This document shows, piece after piece, positions 29,196 through 37,900 of a DNA stretch of 64,000 nucleotides; positions within the stretch are counted from its first letter, which is position 1, and each line of letters opens with the position of its first letter. The translations under genes were made by a program, and so were the position numbers. A model generated the notes under the pieces. The model did no database searches. It was given only the letters and a program-made list of their open reading frames with translations, and had not been told where the DNA came from. The stretch is from Candidatus Omnitrophota bacterium (GTDB lineage: Bacteria > Omnitrophota > Gorgyraeia > Gygaellales > Profunditerraquicolaceae), in the NCBI GenBank assembly GCA_030650425.1, contig JAUSED010000012.1, forward strand, positions 905 to 64,904. The letters run 5' to 3'.

Positions 29196-29587
29196 TAATG
29201 AAAAACGCGCGAGGTGCAGGGTGCAGGGTGCTAGGACTAGTTGGGTTAATGTTTTTGTTACATACGGCTTGTTTTGGGAAAGAGGCGGTTGATCCTAATG
29301 CTTGGGATTTTGGTAAGATTAAGCAGGGGGAGGTTGCCACGCATGTCTTTAGCTTAAAGAATGAATCTGGCAAGACACTCAATATCACCGCCTTAAATAC
29401 CTCCTGCGGCTGTACTGTTTCAGAAGTCAAAAAGAAAGTTTTATTAGCCCAGGAATCTACTGAACTTGAGGTAAAGTTTAACTCCAAGGGCTATTCAGGG
29501 GCAGTACAACAGTTTGTCTATGTGAATACGGATGATATTGACAAGCCGGTGATTAGGTTTATAATAAAAGCTGAGGTAGTTAAATAA
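29192..29587 (+). CDS. DUF1573-like exported Ig-fold protein
   Basis: WDFGKI, TSCGCT. Confidence 0.8.
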   Translation: MIMKNARGAGCRVLGLVGLMFLLHTACFGKEAVDPNAWDFGKIKQGEVATHVFSLKNESGKTLNITALNTSCGCTVSEVKKKVLLAQESTELEVKFNSKGYSGAVQQFVYVNTDDIDKPVIRFIIKAEVVK

Positions 29588-29593
29588 TTTCAG

Positions 29594-29626
29594 GGATTGC
29601 TTCGGCACTTTGTGCCTCGCAATGAC
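29594..29626. repeat. Half copy of the 21903 REP-like element
   Basis: GGATTGCTTCGGCACTTTGTGCCTCGCAATGAC. Confidence 0.8.
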
Positions 29627-29663
29627 GGCATTGTTGAAGTAATTAGAAGGAGGCTGATTTCCA

Positions 29664-30623
29664 ATGTGGTCTTTACAACTAAGGATGTGGCTATTACTGA
29701 CAATTCTTTTCGGGTTTATCTACGCGCTTGTTGTTGTCGTCGGAAAGACATTCCTGCACGTAGGAGATTTTAGTTTTTATCTGATCATCTCCTTGATTTT
29801 GATGTTTATCCAGTATATGATCGGCCCGAAGATCGTTGAATGGACGATGCGGGTTAAATATATTCAGCGGACGGATAACCCGAGGTTATTCCAGATGGTC
29901 GAGAGTCTGGCTGCGCGGGCGAATATCCCGGCGCCTAAAATAGGCATCGCCCAGATCCAGATCCCCAACGCCTTTGCCTTTGGCAGAAGTATAGGCGATG
30001 GCCGGGTCTGCGTTACGCAGGGGATTCTGAATTTATTGAGCGACGAAGAATTGAAAGCGGTTTTAGGGCACGAGCTGACGCATTTAAAGAACAGGGATGT
30101 TTTGACGATTACGCTTCTTTCGGTGATCCCGATGGTGATGTATAGGATTGCCTGGCAGTTTCTTTTTTACGGACGCCGCCGCGACGAAAGGGGAGGCAAT
30201 ACCGTATTAATCGGATTAGCCGCGTTTATTTTTTATTTTATCACTAATCTTTTGGTGCTTTATGCCTCGCGTATCCGCGAGTATTTCGCGGACAAGGGCT
30301 CGGTGGCTTTAGGCAACCGTCCTTCAGTGCTTGCCTCCAGCCTTTATAAGCTTGTTTATGGTTCGGCGCGAATGAATCCGGAAGCGCTCAAGGAATCCGA
30401 AGGCCTGAAGGCATTTTTTGTCAATGACCCCTCCCAAGCCCGGAAAGAAATTAAGGATTTAGCGCAGTTGGATTTAGATAAGAGCGGAACAATCGACCCT
30501 TCGGAGCTCGCCCTTTTACAAAGTAAGAATATACGTTTAGGCGTGGGTGATAAATTGATGGAGCTGTTAAGCACCCATCCCAATATGCTTAAGCGCATCA
30601 AAAAGCTTTCGGAATATCATTAA
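29664..30623 (+). CDS. htpX: Zinc metalloprotease HtpX (M48)
   Basis: PNAFA, GHELTH (HExxH), SRIREYFAD, STHP. Confidence 0.92.
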   Translation: MWSLQLRMWLLLTILFGFIYALVVVVGKTFLHVGDFSFYLIISLILMFIQYMIGPKIVEWTMRVKYIQRTDNPRLFQMVESLAARANIPAPKIGIAQIQIPNAFAFGRSIGDGRVCVTQGILNLLSDEELKAVLGHELTHLKNRDVLTITLLSVIPMVMYRIAWQFLFYGRRRDERGGNTVLIGLAAFIFYFITNLLVLYASRIREYFADKGSVALGNRPSVLASSLYKLVYGSARMNPEALKESEGLKAFFVNDPSQARKEIKDLAQLDLDKSGTIDPSELALLQSKNIRLGVGDKLMELLSTHPNMLKRIKKLSEYH

Positions 30624-30643
30624 TTAAAATAGAAGATAACCTC

Positions 30644-30698
30644 AGGGGACACTTTCCGTCAGGGCTATTGCGGAGCTCTTCACAGGAAAGTGTCCCCT
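30644..30698. repeat. 55-bp palindromic element, copy 1 (intergenic)
   Basis: AGGGGACACTTTCC-27 nt-GGAAAGTGTCCCCT. Confidence 0.9.
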
Positions 30699-30790
30699 TC
30701 TGCTTCAGAAGCAATCTTTTTCCAACAAAAAAATCGCCTCCTTTCCCTTGTTTTTTTTACCTATATGTTACACTTTCATCAATAATCCTA

Positions 30791-30881
30791 TAGTCCTAAA
30801 TTATGGAGGTAGTTTAGGACTGCTATGCAGTACTTGAAGCCGGATTGACACAAAAAGGGTCGATTCCGGCTTTTATTTTTT
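30791..30881 (+). promoter_or_regulatory. Structured leader: hairpin followed by intrinsic-terminator-like hairpin before the large gene
   Basis: TAGTCCTAAA/TTTAGGACTG stem; AAGCCGGATTGAC/GTCGATTCCGGCTT + TTATTTTTT; extended -10 TGTTACACT at 30766-30774. Confidence 0.55.
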
Positions 30882-30905
30882 GCTGGTTTCTTAAAAAGTT
30901 AAAAA

Positions 30906-33900
30906 ATGCGTAAAAGAACCTCAAAAATTCTGGCTATAGTTTTGTCCTTTATTTTAATCTTCCAGCAGATTGGTTTTGCTCAGGTTGCCACAGAACTGAA
31001 TATCGCCGGCCACCTTAGCGCGCTGCGTAACTCTTTTGTGGTCGACAAATTCCGACCCTTGCATCTGCGTTATCTGCAGTATCTTCCTCGAGAAAATAGT
31101 TTTAAGCTCTATTTAGACAAAGGCGACCAATTTCCTGCAGTAGGGAATACCCTAGCAGTAGGGGACACTTTCCATCAAAGCTATAAGGAACCACTTAATA
31201 GGAAAGTGTCCCCTACTGACTCAACCAATTTAACTAATGCAACTAAGGATTTACTCAATTATTTCTTCATCGGTTTAACCCTCCCCAATGACTCCTTCTG
31301 GGTTAACCTGCGTCCAGACTCTCCAGATAACATCATCGATGACTATTTAGCCAAGACTGACGTAGGTAAGATAATGCTGGAAACCGACCTCCAGCTTAAA
31401 AAAGACACAGCCCTAGCCACTTCTCCAGAGACCCCTGAAGGAAGAGACTACTGGAATAAGCTCTATACCAAAGCAGGAGAGCTCTTTGGCTCTGAGAACA
31501 TCACTATTCCCACTCTCACCCGGCCTTGGATTGTTCCGGATGAAATTATTATCAGAGAAACTACTGACTCAGCCTACATCTACAAAGCCACCCTCAAGGT
31601 AATGCTTGAATCTGATTACCTTTCAAGTAAAAGCAGGGGACATTTTCCGTCAGGGCTATCAGGGAACTCTCAAAAGGAAAGTGTCCCCTACGCGCAGTAT
31701 CAGTTTAAGGATGAACGTCTCAAGCAACTCAATGAATACTCATCACAACTCATCCGAGAACTAATCATTCCTAAACTCACCAAAGAAGTTAACTCCAGTA
31801 AAAGATACGCTCCCTTAAGGCAGGTCTATTACTCTTTAATCTTAGCCCAATGGTTTAAGGCTAGGCATACTCCAACAGAAGGGGACATTTTCCGTCAGGG
31901 CGATAAGGGAACTCTTAAAAGGAAAGTGTCCCCTGATGCTCTCATCAACTCCCGTAACCTCACTAACCTTACCTCCCAACAACCCTGGCCCAAAGCCACC
32001 TACTTCCAAGCCTACCAGAAGTCCTTTAAAGACGGTGAATACAATATCCAGGAACCGGTCTATACTCCTACAGGCCAGGTGATCAGGAGTTATTTTTCAG
32101 GAGGAGAAAACTTTGGGAATATAACATCTCCTCAAATGATAATAGTCCCGGCAAACACCCCTGTTTCTCCGGCAGTGAAGAATTTGATTGAAGCGCCCGC
32201 CGTCTCTTCTCCGCTGATTAGAATTGGAAATCAGGAATCAGTACAAGAGAGTGTTGACTTTTATAAACAGCGGTTAGATGAACTTAAAGAAAGATACAGG
32301 GAGAGTATTATAATAACTGAACGTAATTATAAGAGGACAAATGATTTTACGAAAAGGAATGCTTCATTATTTTTGGCGTATTATCAATTTATTAAAGCAT
32401 TAACTTCTAATCTTGATTCCGGGGAGTCAGTTTATATATATCCAGTTCCAGGCCCAGATTTTGCATTTCAGATGCACGCGGATACTTTCGCGTTGAATAA
32501 TGAGGCTACAGATAATCTCTGGGGAAGGGAATTATTGGAAGAATCCGGTATATTGGGAAAGCCTGACTATGAAAATTTTGATAATGATATAATATTCCAG
32601 AAATTATTGTCAAAGGGTAAGTATTTGGATGCCTATGACCTAAAAAATTATTTCGATATAAAAAGAGAGCAAGATAAGAAATTTATTTTCGTTATGAAAG
32701 GATTTATGTATATTGCGCAGCAGTTTATAAGCTCAGAAACGGAGAGACGTAATTTCTTAGAAAATTTACTGCTCCATTTTTTAAAAGTTAGTGACAAAAT
32801 CATAATATTTGAAGAGGAAGATCAAAAGTTTTTCGAATCTCTACCAGCGATCAATGAATATTATAGGCTTCTTTACAGGGATGATGGAATATTTGAAGGA
32901 ACGAAAAACGCTTCTATAACTAAAGGAATAATAAAATTAGTTTCGATTCCGAATCGAATTGCAATATATGAAAAAACTAAGGAACCGGAGAGAGCTATAG
33001 AGAGTTCTGGATTTCCGCTGGAAGATAATCCCGCCGCCGGCTCGCCGGTGCAGAGGCAATCCGTCTCTTCGGCGGTGGAAGAGGGGAAACAATCCGCCAG
33101 CTCGGAGATGAGTCAGGAGCAGCAAGAGATTGAAGAAATAAACCATGATTTCTCAAGGTTTTCTGACTATTTAAAAAGAAAAGATTTTAGTCTTTACGTG
33201 TATAACAAAACTAGGCTCAGTTATTTTCTGAAAGCTAGAGGCATAGATGCTTTTATGGAAGTTATAAAATATAACTATAATGTATATCCTGACGAAATAA
33301 TGCAGCGTTTCATTTCAGGATTGATGAATGTAATTCTTTCTATGCGATATAGAGATCTTGCAGGCCAGTGGCACGGGCTTACAAAAGACATGCTTCAGCC
33401 TCATTTAGATTTTATTACTGATATTGCTTTAAAGCCGGCAAAACGAGCTTTGGCTTACACCATAGATGTAGCGTTAACTCATTCGCCTTCGGGTAAAGTG
33501 ATAATGTATCAAAACAAACGGCTTGGTGCGGTATATCCTATTATGGAAAAGGATATGCAAGAGTTGTTAAGAGAGAAGGGATTCGGTGTATTTGAGGTTG
33601 ATTTGGATAATATTGAAAATAAAACTAATGATGAGGTCGTAGAATATATAAATACTATTATGCAAAAATCTGAATTCTCTAAATCCCGCATTATTTTAGT
33701 CCGGTTCAAAATTCCATCCACTATAACGTATACGGGTTTAGAGTCTCAAAAGGAAAAACTCAATACTTTAGATATACTCAGCAATTTGTCAAGAGCACCT
33801 ATCGTAATGGTTGACGGCTCTGCGCGTAATCAGGTCTCAACAGCGCAGCAGGTGGTAAGGAAATCCGACCAGGGCCAAAAAATAGATATGTTTAATGCTG

Positions 33901-34595
33901 ACATCTCATACCCTTATCAATACTTCAATTTCGACGCTCCCGATAACATAGATATGTTACTTCCTGCAATTTCTTCAGATGACAAAAACGGCGAACTTTA
34001 TGATGAATTCGCAAAAAGGATGGCAAGCAGATTGGCTAAAGATGCAGATTTTTGGAAACAAATAGAAGATAGGAGAATGCGGGTTGCCAAGAGAGAAGGG
34101 GGTTCAGCCGGTTTGGCTATAAGAAAAACCCCTTTCGCTGGCTCGCGACCGAGCCAGAAGGGCGAGGGACCGGAGCAGGAGAAAGCCGCCTCTCTGGCGG
34201 TAGGGGATGTAAAAGGCGGCATCGATTTCCGCGCGCTTCCTATTGTCACCGAGGCGGTGAGCAATTTAAGGAGTAGCCTTGGGGACAGTTTCCTAAGAAC
34301 AAACTCCTCAGGAATTTATCGGAAACTGTCCCCTGCGGACGAGTGGCAGGAGATAGAAAGAATGGCGAGTTCCGGTATCACGCCTTCACCCGAAAGGATG
34401 AAAGAATACCTGCAAGCCTCCTGCGCCAAAGGCGACATCCCCCAGGATAAAGATAAGGTTATCCTCTGTATAGCTGATATTCTAAGAGGCGAAGAGGAAA
34501 CCTGTTTCGCAACCGACCCCACCTTGCGCGACATCCTTGTTGTGCTGGAAGCCTCCGGCTCAAGTACGGAATTAAACAAAATATTCTTAGGGTAG
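30906..34595 (+). CDS. Large modular exported protein (1229 aa): N-terminal module, AT-rich central domains, GGIDF C-terminal module
   Basis: Signal peptide; FWVNLRPD, DLQLKKD, RPWIVP, LRQVY.SLILAQWFK, YFSGG; ASSPV-like linkers; KGGIDFR. Confidence 0.85.
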   Translation: MRKRTSKILAIVLSFILIFQQIGFAQVATELNIAGHLSALRNSFVVDKFRPLHLRYLQYLPRENSFKLYLDKGDQFPAVGNTLAVGDTFHQSYKEPLNRKVSPTDSTNLTNATKDLLNYFFIGLTLPNDSFWVNLRPDSPDNIIDDYLAKTDVGKIMLETDLQLKKDTALATSPETPEGRDYWNKLYTKAGELFGSENITIPTLTRPWIVPDEIIIRETTDSAYIYKATLKVMLESDYLSSKSRGHFPSGLSGNSQKESVPYAQYQFKDERLKQLNEYSSQLIRELIIPKLTKEVNSSKRYAPLRQVYYSLILAQWFKARHTPTEGDIFRQGDKGTLKRKVSPDALINSRNLTNLTSQQPWPKATYFQAYQKSFKDGEYNIQEPVYTPTGQVIRSYFSGGENFGNITSPQMIIVPANTPVSPAVKNLIEAPAVSSPLIRIGNQESVQESVDFYKQRLDELKERYRESIIITERNYKRTNDFTKRNASLFLAYYQFIKALTSNLDSGESVYIYPVPGPDFAFQMHADTFALNNEATDNLWGRELLEESGILGKPDYENFDNDIIFQKLLSKGKYLDAYDLKNYFDIKREQDKKFIFVMKGFMYIAQQFISSETERRNFLENLLLHFLKVSDKIIIFEEEDQKFFESLPAINEYYRLLYRDDGIFEGTKNASITKGIIKLVSIPNRIAIYEKTKEPERAIESSGFPLEDNPAAGSPVQRQSVSSAVEEGKQSASSEMSQEQQEIEEINHDFSRFSDYLKRKDFSLYVYNKTRLSYFLKARGIDAFMEVIKYNYNVYPDEIMQRFISGLMNVILSMRYRDLAGQWHGLTKDMLQPHLDFITDIALKPAKRALAYTIDVALTHSPSGKVIMYQNKRLGAVYPIMEKDMQELLREKGFGVFEVDLDNIENKTNDEVVEYINTIMQKSEFSKSRIILVRFKIPSTITYTGLESQKEKLNTLDILSNLSRAPIVMVDGSARNQVSTAQQVVRKSDQGQKIDMFNADISYPYQYFNFDAPDNIDMLLPAISSDDKNGELYDEFAKRMASRLAKDADFWKQIEDRRMRVAKREGGSAGLAIRKTPFAGSRPSQKGEGPEQEKAASLAVGDVKGGIDFRALPIVTEAVSNLRSSLGDSFLRTNSSGIYRKLSPADEWQEIERMASSGITPSPERMKEYLQASCAKGDIPQDKDKVILCIADILRGEEETCFATDPTLRDILVVLEASGSSTELNKIFLG
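31160..31214. repeat. 55-bp palindromic element, copy 2 (in-frame in CDS)
   Basis: AGGGGACACTTTCC-27 nt-GGAAAGTGTCCCCT; IR extends to 18 bp (31156-31218). Confidence 0.9.
31635..31689. repeat. 55-bp palindromic element, copy 3 (in CDS, different reading phase)
   Basis: AGGGGACATTTTCC-27 nt-GGAAAGTGTCCCCT; read as RGHFP...KESVP. Confidence 0.9.
31880..31934. repeat. 55-bp palindromic element, copy 4 (in-frame in CDS)
   Basis: AGGGGACATTTTCC-27 nt-GGAAAGTGTCCCCT. Confidence 0.9.
34281..34333. repeat. Palindromic element, copy 5 (variant with compensatory change)
   Basis: GGGGACAGTTTCC-27 nt-GGAAACTGTCCCC. Confidence 0.85.
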
Positions 34596-34619
34596 TTTTC
34601 AAAAATACACATAATTATA

Positions 34620-34648
34620 TTGACAAGTAGCCATATTTATGTTACCTT
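34620..34648 (+). promoter_or_regulatory. Sigma70 promoter for the TA operon (probably leaderless)
   Basis: TTGACA-17-TACCTT with extended TG; GTG start 6 nt downstream, no SD. Confidence 0.65.
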
Positions 34649-34654
34649 TTTATT

Positions 34655-34942
34655 GTGGATAGAATCTCTGGGGATTTTATTTGGGATCGCCGCAAAGAGC
34701 TAATCAACATAAAGAAGCATGGCGTTGATTTTGTTGCCGCTGCCAGCGTATTTAGAGATACAAAAAGAAAGATTTACACTGATTCCAAGCACAGTGAGGC
34801 CGAAGAAAGATTATTCTGTGTAGGTAAAGTAGGCGGTAAAATCCTAACAGTCAGGTTTATTTACCGGCATGATAAAATCAGGATCTTTGGAGCCGGGTAT
34901 TGGAGAAAGGGAAAGGTTTACTATGAGAAAGAAAACGATTAA
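34655..34942 (+). CDS. BrnT-family toxin
   Basis: F.WD..K...N..KHGVDF..A..VF.D, HS..EER...G, IRI. Confidence 0.9.
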   Translation: MDRISGDFIWDRRKELINIKKHGVDFVAAASVFRDTKRKIYTDSKHSEAEERLFCVGKVGGKILTVRFIYRHDKIRIFGAGYWRKGKVYYEKEND

Positions 34943-35159
34943 TGCGGATATGCCTATTGGCAAGTTAACTAAAGTCAAGGATTTTCTTCCTCCTCCGGCG
35001 CAGCTTGCTATGCCCGAAGAGACTACAAAAATCACTATATCCTTGAAGAAATCCAGCGTAGAATTCTTTAGGCATGAGGCGCAGCGCTATCACAGTAAAT
35101 ATCAGCGGATGATACGTGAATTGTTGGATAGGTATGCTATGCAGTACGCTAAGAATTAA
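34923..35159 (+). CDS. BrnA/CopG-like antitoxin
   Basis: DFLPPP, KITISL...VEFF......KYQ.MIR.LLD.Y; overlaps toxin. Confidence 0.82.
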   Translation: MRKKTINADMPIGKLTKVKDFLPPPAQLAMPEETTKITISLKKSSVEFFRHEAQRYHSKYQRMIRELLDRYAMQYAKN

Positions 35160-35216
35160 TTAGGAATCTCCCTCCATTTTAGTCAGGTTTTTTCCTGTCA
35201 AAGGCTTAAACCATAG

Positions 35217-35245
35217 TTGACATAACCCCAATTATCTTATATAAT
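35217..35245 (+). promoter_or_regulatory. Consensus sigma70 promoter of lysS
   Basis: TTGACA-17-TATAAT; ATG only 9 nt downstream, no SD. Confidence 0.85.
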
Positions 35246-35254
35246 TAAAAAACT

Positions 35255-36700
35255 ATGGATTTAAACGAGCTTATTCAGCAAAGGAAAGCTAAAGCGCAAG
35301 CACTTGAGGCCAAAGGCGTTGTTCTGTATCCTGCTCAGGCAGCTCAGTATACAGGCATAGGGGAGGTTTTGGCTGATTTTAAGGAAGGTCAGAAACTAGC
35401 CTTTTGCGGACGCGTCACGGCCAAGCGTTCGCACGGGAAAGCCGCATTTTTGGACTTAAGGGATTCCACCGGAAAAATCCAGCTTTACATCAAGGCGGAT
35501 ATTGTGGGAGATGACGGTTTCTTTATTTATGATAATATTGATATCGCTGATTTTATTGAAGTCGCGGGAGAGCTTTTTAAGACGCATACCGGCGAACCTA
35601 CCTTAAAGGTAGAAAAAATAGCGCTTCTTGCGAAGGCCTTGCGGCCTTTACCTGAAAAATGGCATGGCCTGCGCGATGTGGATCTGCGTTACCGCCAGCG
35701 CTACCTTGATTTAATCGCTAATGATGAAGTAAAGAAAGTATTTATAGCGCGCGCAAAGATAATTAAGCAGATCCGGGATTTTCTCGACGCTAAAGGTTTT
35801 CTGGAAGTTGAGACTCCGATGATGCATTACATTCCGGGAGGCGCGGCAGGCAGGCCTTTTCAGACGCATCACAATGAATATAGTATGGATTTATTCTTAC
35901 GGATTGCCCCGGAATTATACCTGAAGAAACTTTTAGTCGGAGGCTTGGACCGCGTCTACGAAATCAACCGTTCTTTCCGCAACGAAGGCGTTTCTACCCG
36001 GCATAATCCCGAATTTACCATGTTGGAGGTTTATGAAGCTTACTCTGACTACGAAGGGATGATGCGTCTAGCCGAAGGCTTGATTGTTTCTTTGATTCAG
36101 GAGCTATTTGGAAAAACTATTATCACTTATCAAGGTAAAGAGCTAGATTTTACTCCGCCGTGGAAGAGAATTTCTTTTCAGGAATTAGTTAAGCAGAAAT
36201 TTGATATTTCAGCCGAAGATAACGAAGAAGTAATGTTGGATAAACTTAAGGCTAAAGGTTTTGCTAAAGAAGTAAATAGGCTTTCGCGGACCCAGATCGC
36301 CAAGATTATTGAAGAAGTTTTGGAAGAGGGGATGGGCTTAAATCCTACCTTTGTCACCGACTATTTTAGCAGTATGTGCCCCTTAGCCAAGAATAAGCAA
36401 GAGGAGCCGTTGATTTCCGAGAGGTTTGAATTATACGCAGGCGGGATTGAAATAGGCAACGCTTATTCGGAGCTGAATAATCCTACCGAGCAAAGGAAGC
36501 GTTTTGAGGAAGAAATCAAAGGGCTTACTTCCGATGAGCGGAAAAACGTGGATGAGGATTATTGTCTCGCGCTCGAACACGGTATGCCTCCGGCAGGAGG
36601 ATTGGGTATAGGCATAGATCGGCTGGTGATGCTTTTAACTGATCAGGCATCGATTAGGGATGTAATTTTATTCCCGCTTTTAAGGCCGGAACAGGAATAA
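35255..36700 (+). CDS. lysS: Lysine--tRNA ligase (class II)
   Basis: YRQRYLDL, LRIAPELYLK, FRNEG, HNPEFT, GLGIGIDRL. Confidence 0.98.
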   Translation: MDLNELIQQRKAKAQALEAKGVVLYPAQAAQYTGIGEVLADFKEGQKLAFCGRVTAKRSHGKAAFLDLRDSTGKIQLYIKADIVGDDGFFIYDNIDIADFIEVAGELFKTHTGEPTLKVEKIALLAKALRPLPEKWHGLRDVDLRYRQRYLDLIANDEVKKVFIARAKIIKQIRDFLDAKGFLEVETPMMHYIPGGAAGRPFQTHHNEYSMDLFLRIAPELYLKKLLVGGLDRVYEINRSFRNEGVSTRHNPEFTMLEVYEAYSDYEGMMRLAEGLIVSLIQELFGKTIITYQGKELDFTPPWKRISFQELVKQKFDISAEDNEEVMLDKLKAKGFAKEVNRLSRTQIAKIIEEVLEEGMGLNPTFVTDYFSSMCPLAKNKQEEPLISERFELYAGGIEIGNAYSELNNPTEQRKRFEEEIKGLTSDERKNVDEDYCLALEHGMPPAGGLGIGIDRLVMLLTDQASIRDVILFPLLRPEQE

Positions 36701-37891
36701 ATGAAAACGGAATTATTTATCAGCTGGCGTTACCTGACTACCAAGAGAAAAGAAAAATTTATTTCCCTGATCAGCGTTATTTCGATTCTGGGGATAGCTA
36801 TCGGAGTGATGGCCTTAATCATCGTTATCGCGGTGATGTCCGGATTCGATAAAGACTTGCATGATAAGATCGTCGGGAACTATTCGCATATCAATTTGAC
36901 CAGTTTTAAGGCAATAGAGAGCGGTGAATACGCCGATATTTTGAAGAATATTTCCGCTAACGCGCATGTAAAAGGGGCCAGCCCATATATACAGGGCCAG
37001 GTATTGATCAAAGAAGGTAACCGTTATTTTGCCGTTGGCCTAAGAGGAATCGATCCGGCTACCGAAAACAAAGTAACCAAAGTCAAAGAATACATCCGGC
37101 AGGGAAATATCGATGATTTAAAAGAGAACGCTATTATTATCGGCAAAGAGCTGGCTGGATATATGGGTTTAGAATTGAATTCAACGTTAAACCTTTATTC
37201 GCCTTTAGGCAAGCCTTACGCCTTAAAAATTGTCGGGATTTTTAATTCCGGAATGTATGACTATGATCTTAATTTGGTTTTTACGAATTTAAAGAGCGCG
37301 CAAGATATTTTTGGCCTGCCTAATCAGCTAACCGCGGTAGCCATCAAACTGGATAATCCGGATTTGGCGCCTCAAGTGAGGGAGGATTTGTATAGCCGCC
37401 TCGGCTTTAATTATAACCTTAAAACTTGGATGGAAGCCAACCAGAATTTTTTCGCGGCGTTAAAATTAGAAAAATTGACCATGTTTATCATCTTAACCCT
37501 GATCATTCTGGTCGCCTCTTTTAATATTATCAGTACGTTGATCGTGATGGTTGTTGAGAAGACCAAGGACATCGGCGTCTTGAGGGCGCTGGGGATGAGC
37601 GCTCAAGGCATCAAGAAAATATTTACTTATCAGGGCCTGATCATCGGAACGCTGGGCACGGGCTTAGGCGGTTTAGCCGGAATAACTTTGTGTTTCCTGC
37701 TCAAGAAATATCAATTTATAAAATTGCCGCAGGATATATATTATATCGACCGGCTGCCTGTAAGCATACAGCTTTGGCCGGATATGGTTTTAATTATATT
37801 ATCGGCTTTGGTGATTATTTTAGTTGCGACCATCTATCCGGCAACCCGGGCAAGTAAGTTAAAACCGGTAGAAGCGCTTAGATACGAATAA
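36701..37891 (+). CDS. lolE: Lipoprotein-releasing ABC permease LolC/E
   Basis: FISLISVISILGIAIGV..LI.V.AVM.GF, FNIISTL, EALRYE. Confidence 0.9.
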   Translation: MKTELFISWRYLTTKRKEKFISLISVISILGIAIGVMALIIVIAVMSGFDKDLHDKIVGNYSHINLTSFKAIESGEYADILKNISANAHVKGASPYIQGQVLIKEGNRYFAVGLRGIDPATENKVTKVKEYIRQGNIDDLKENAIIIGKELAGYMGLELNSTLNLYSPLGKPYALKIVGIFNSGMYDYDLNLVFTNLKSAQDIFGLPNQLTAVAIKLDNPDLAPQVREDLYSRLGFNYNLKTWMEANQNFFAALKLEKLTMFIILTLIILVASFNIISTLIVMVVEKTKDIGVLRALGMSAQGIKKIFTYQGLIIGTLGTGLGGLAGITLCFLLKKYQFIKLPQDIYYIDRLPVSIQLWPDMVLIILSALVIILVATIYPATRASKLKPVEALRYE

Positions 37892-37900
37892 TGGATAAAA

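Noticed and set aside
30644-34333. 55-bp repeats as a CRISPR array
   Set aside because: Spacing is irregular (about 245-2400 bp), most copies are inside a CDS, internal spacers are homologous, and there are no cas genes
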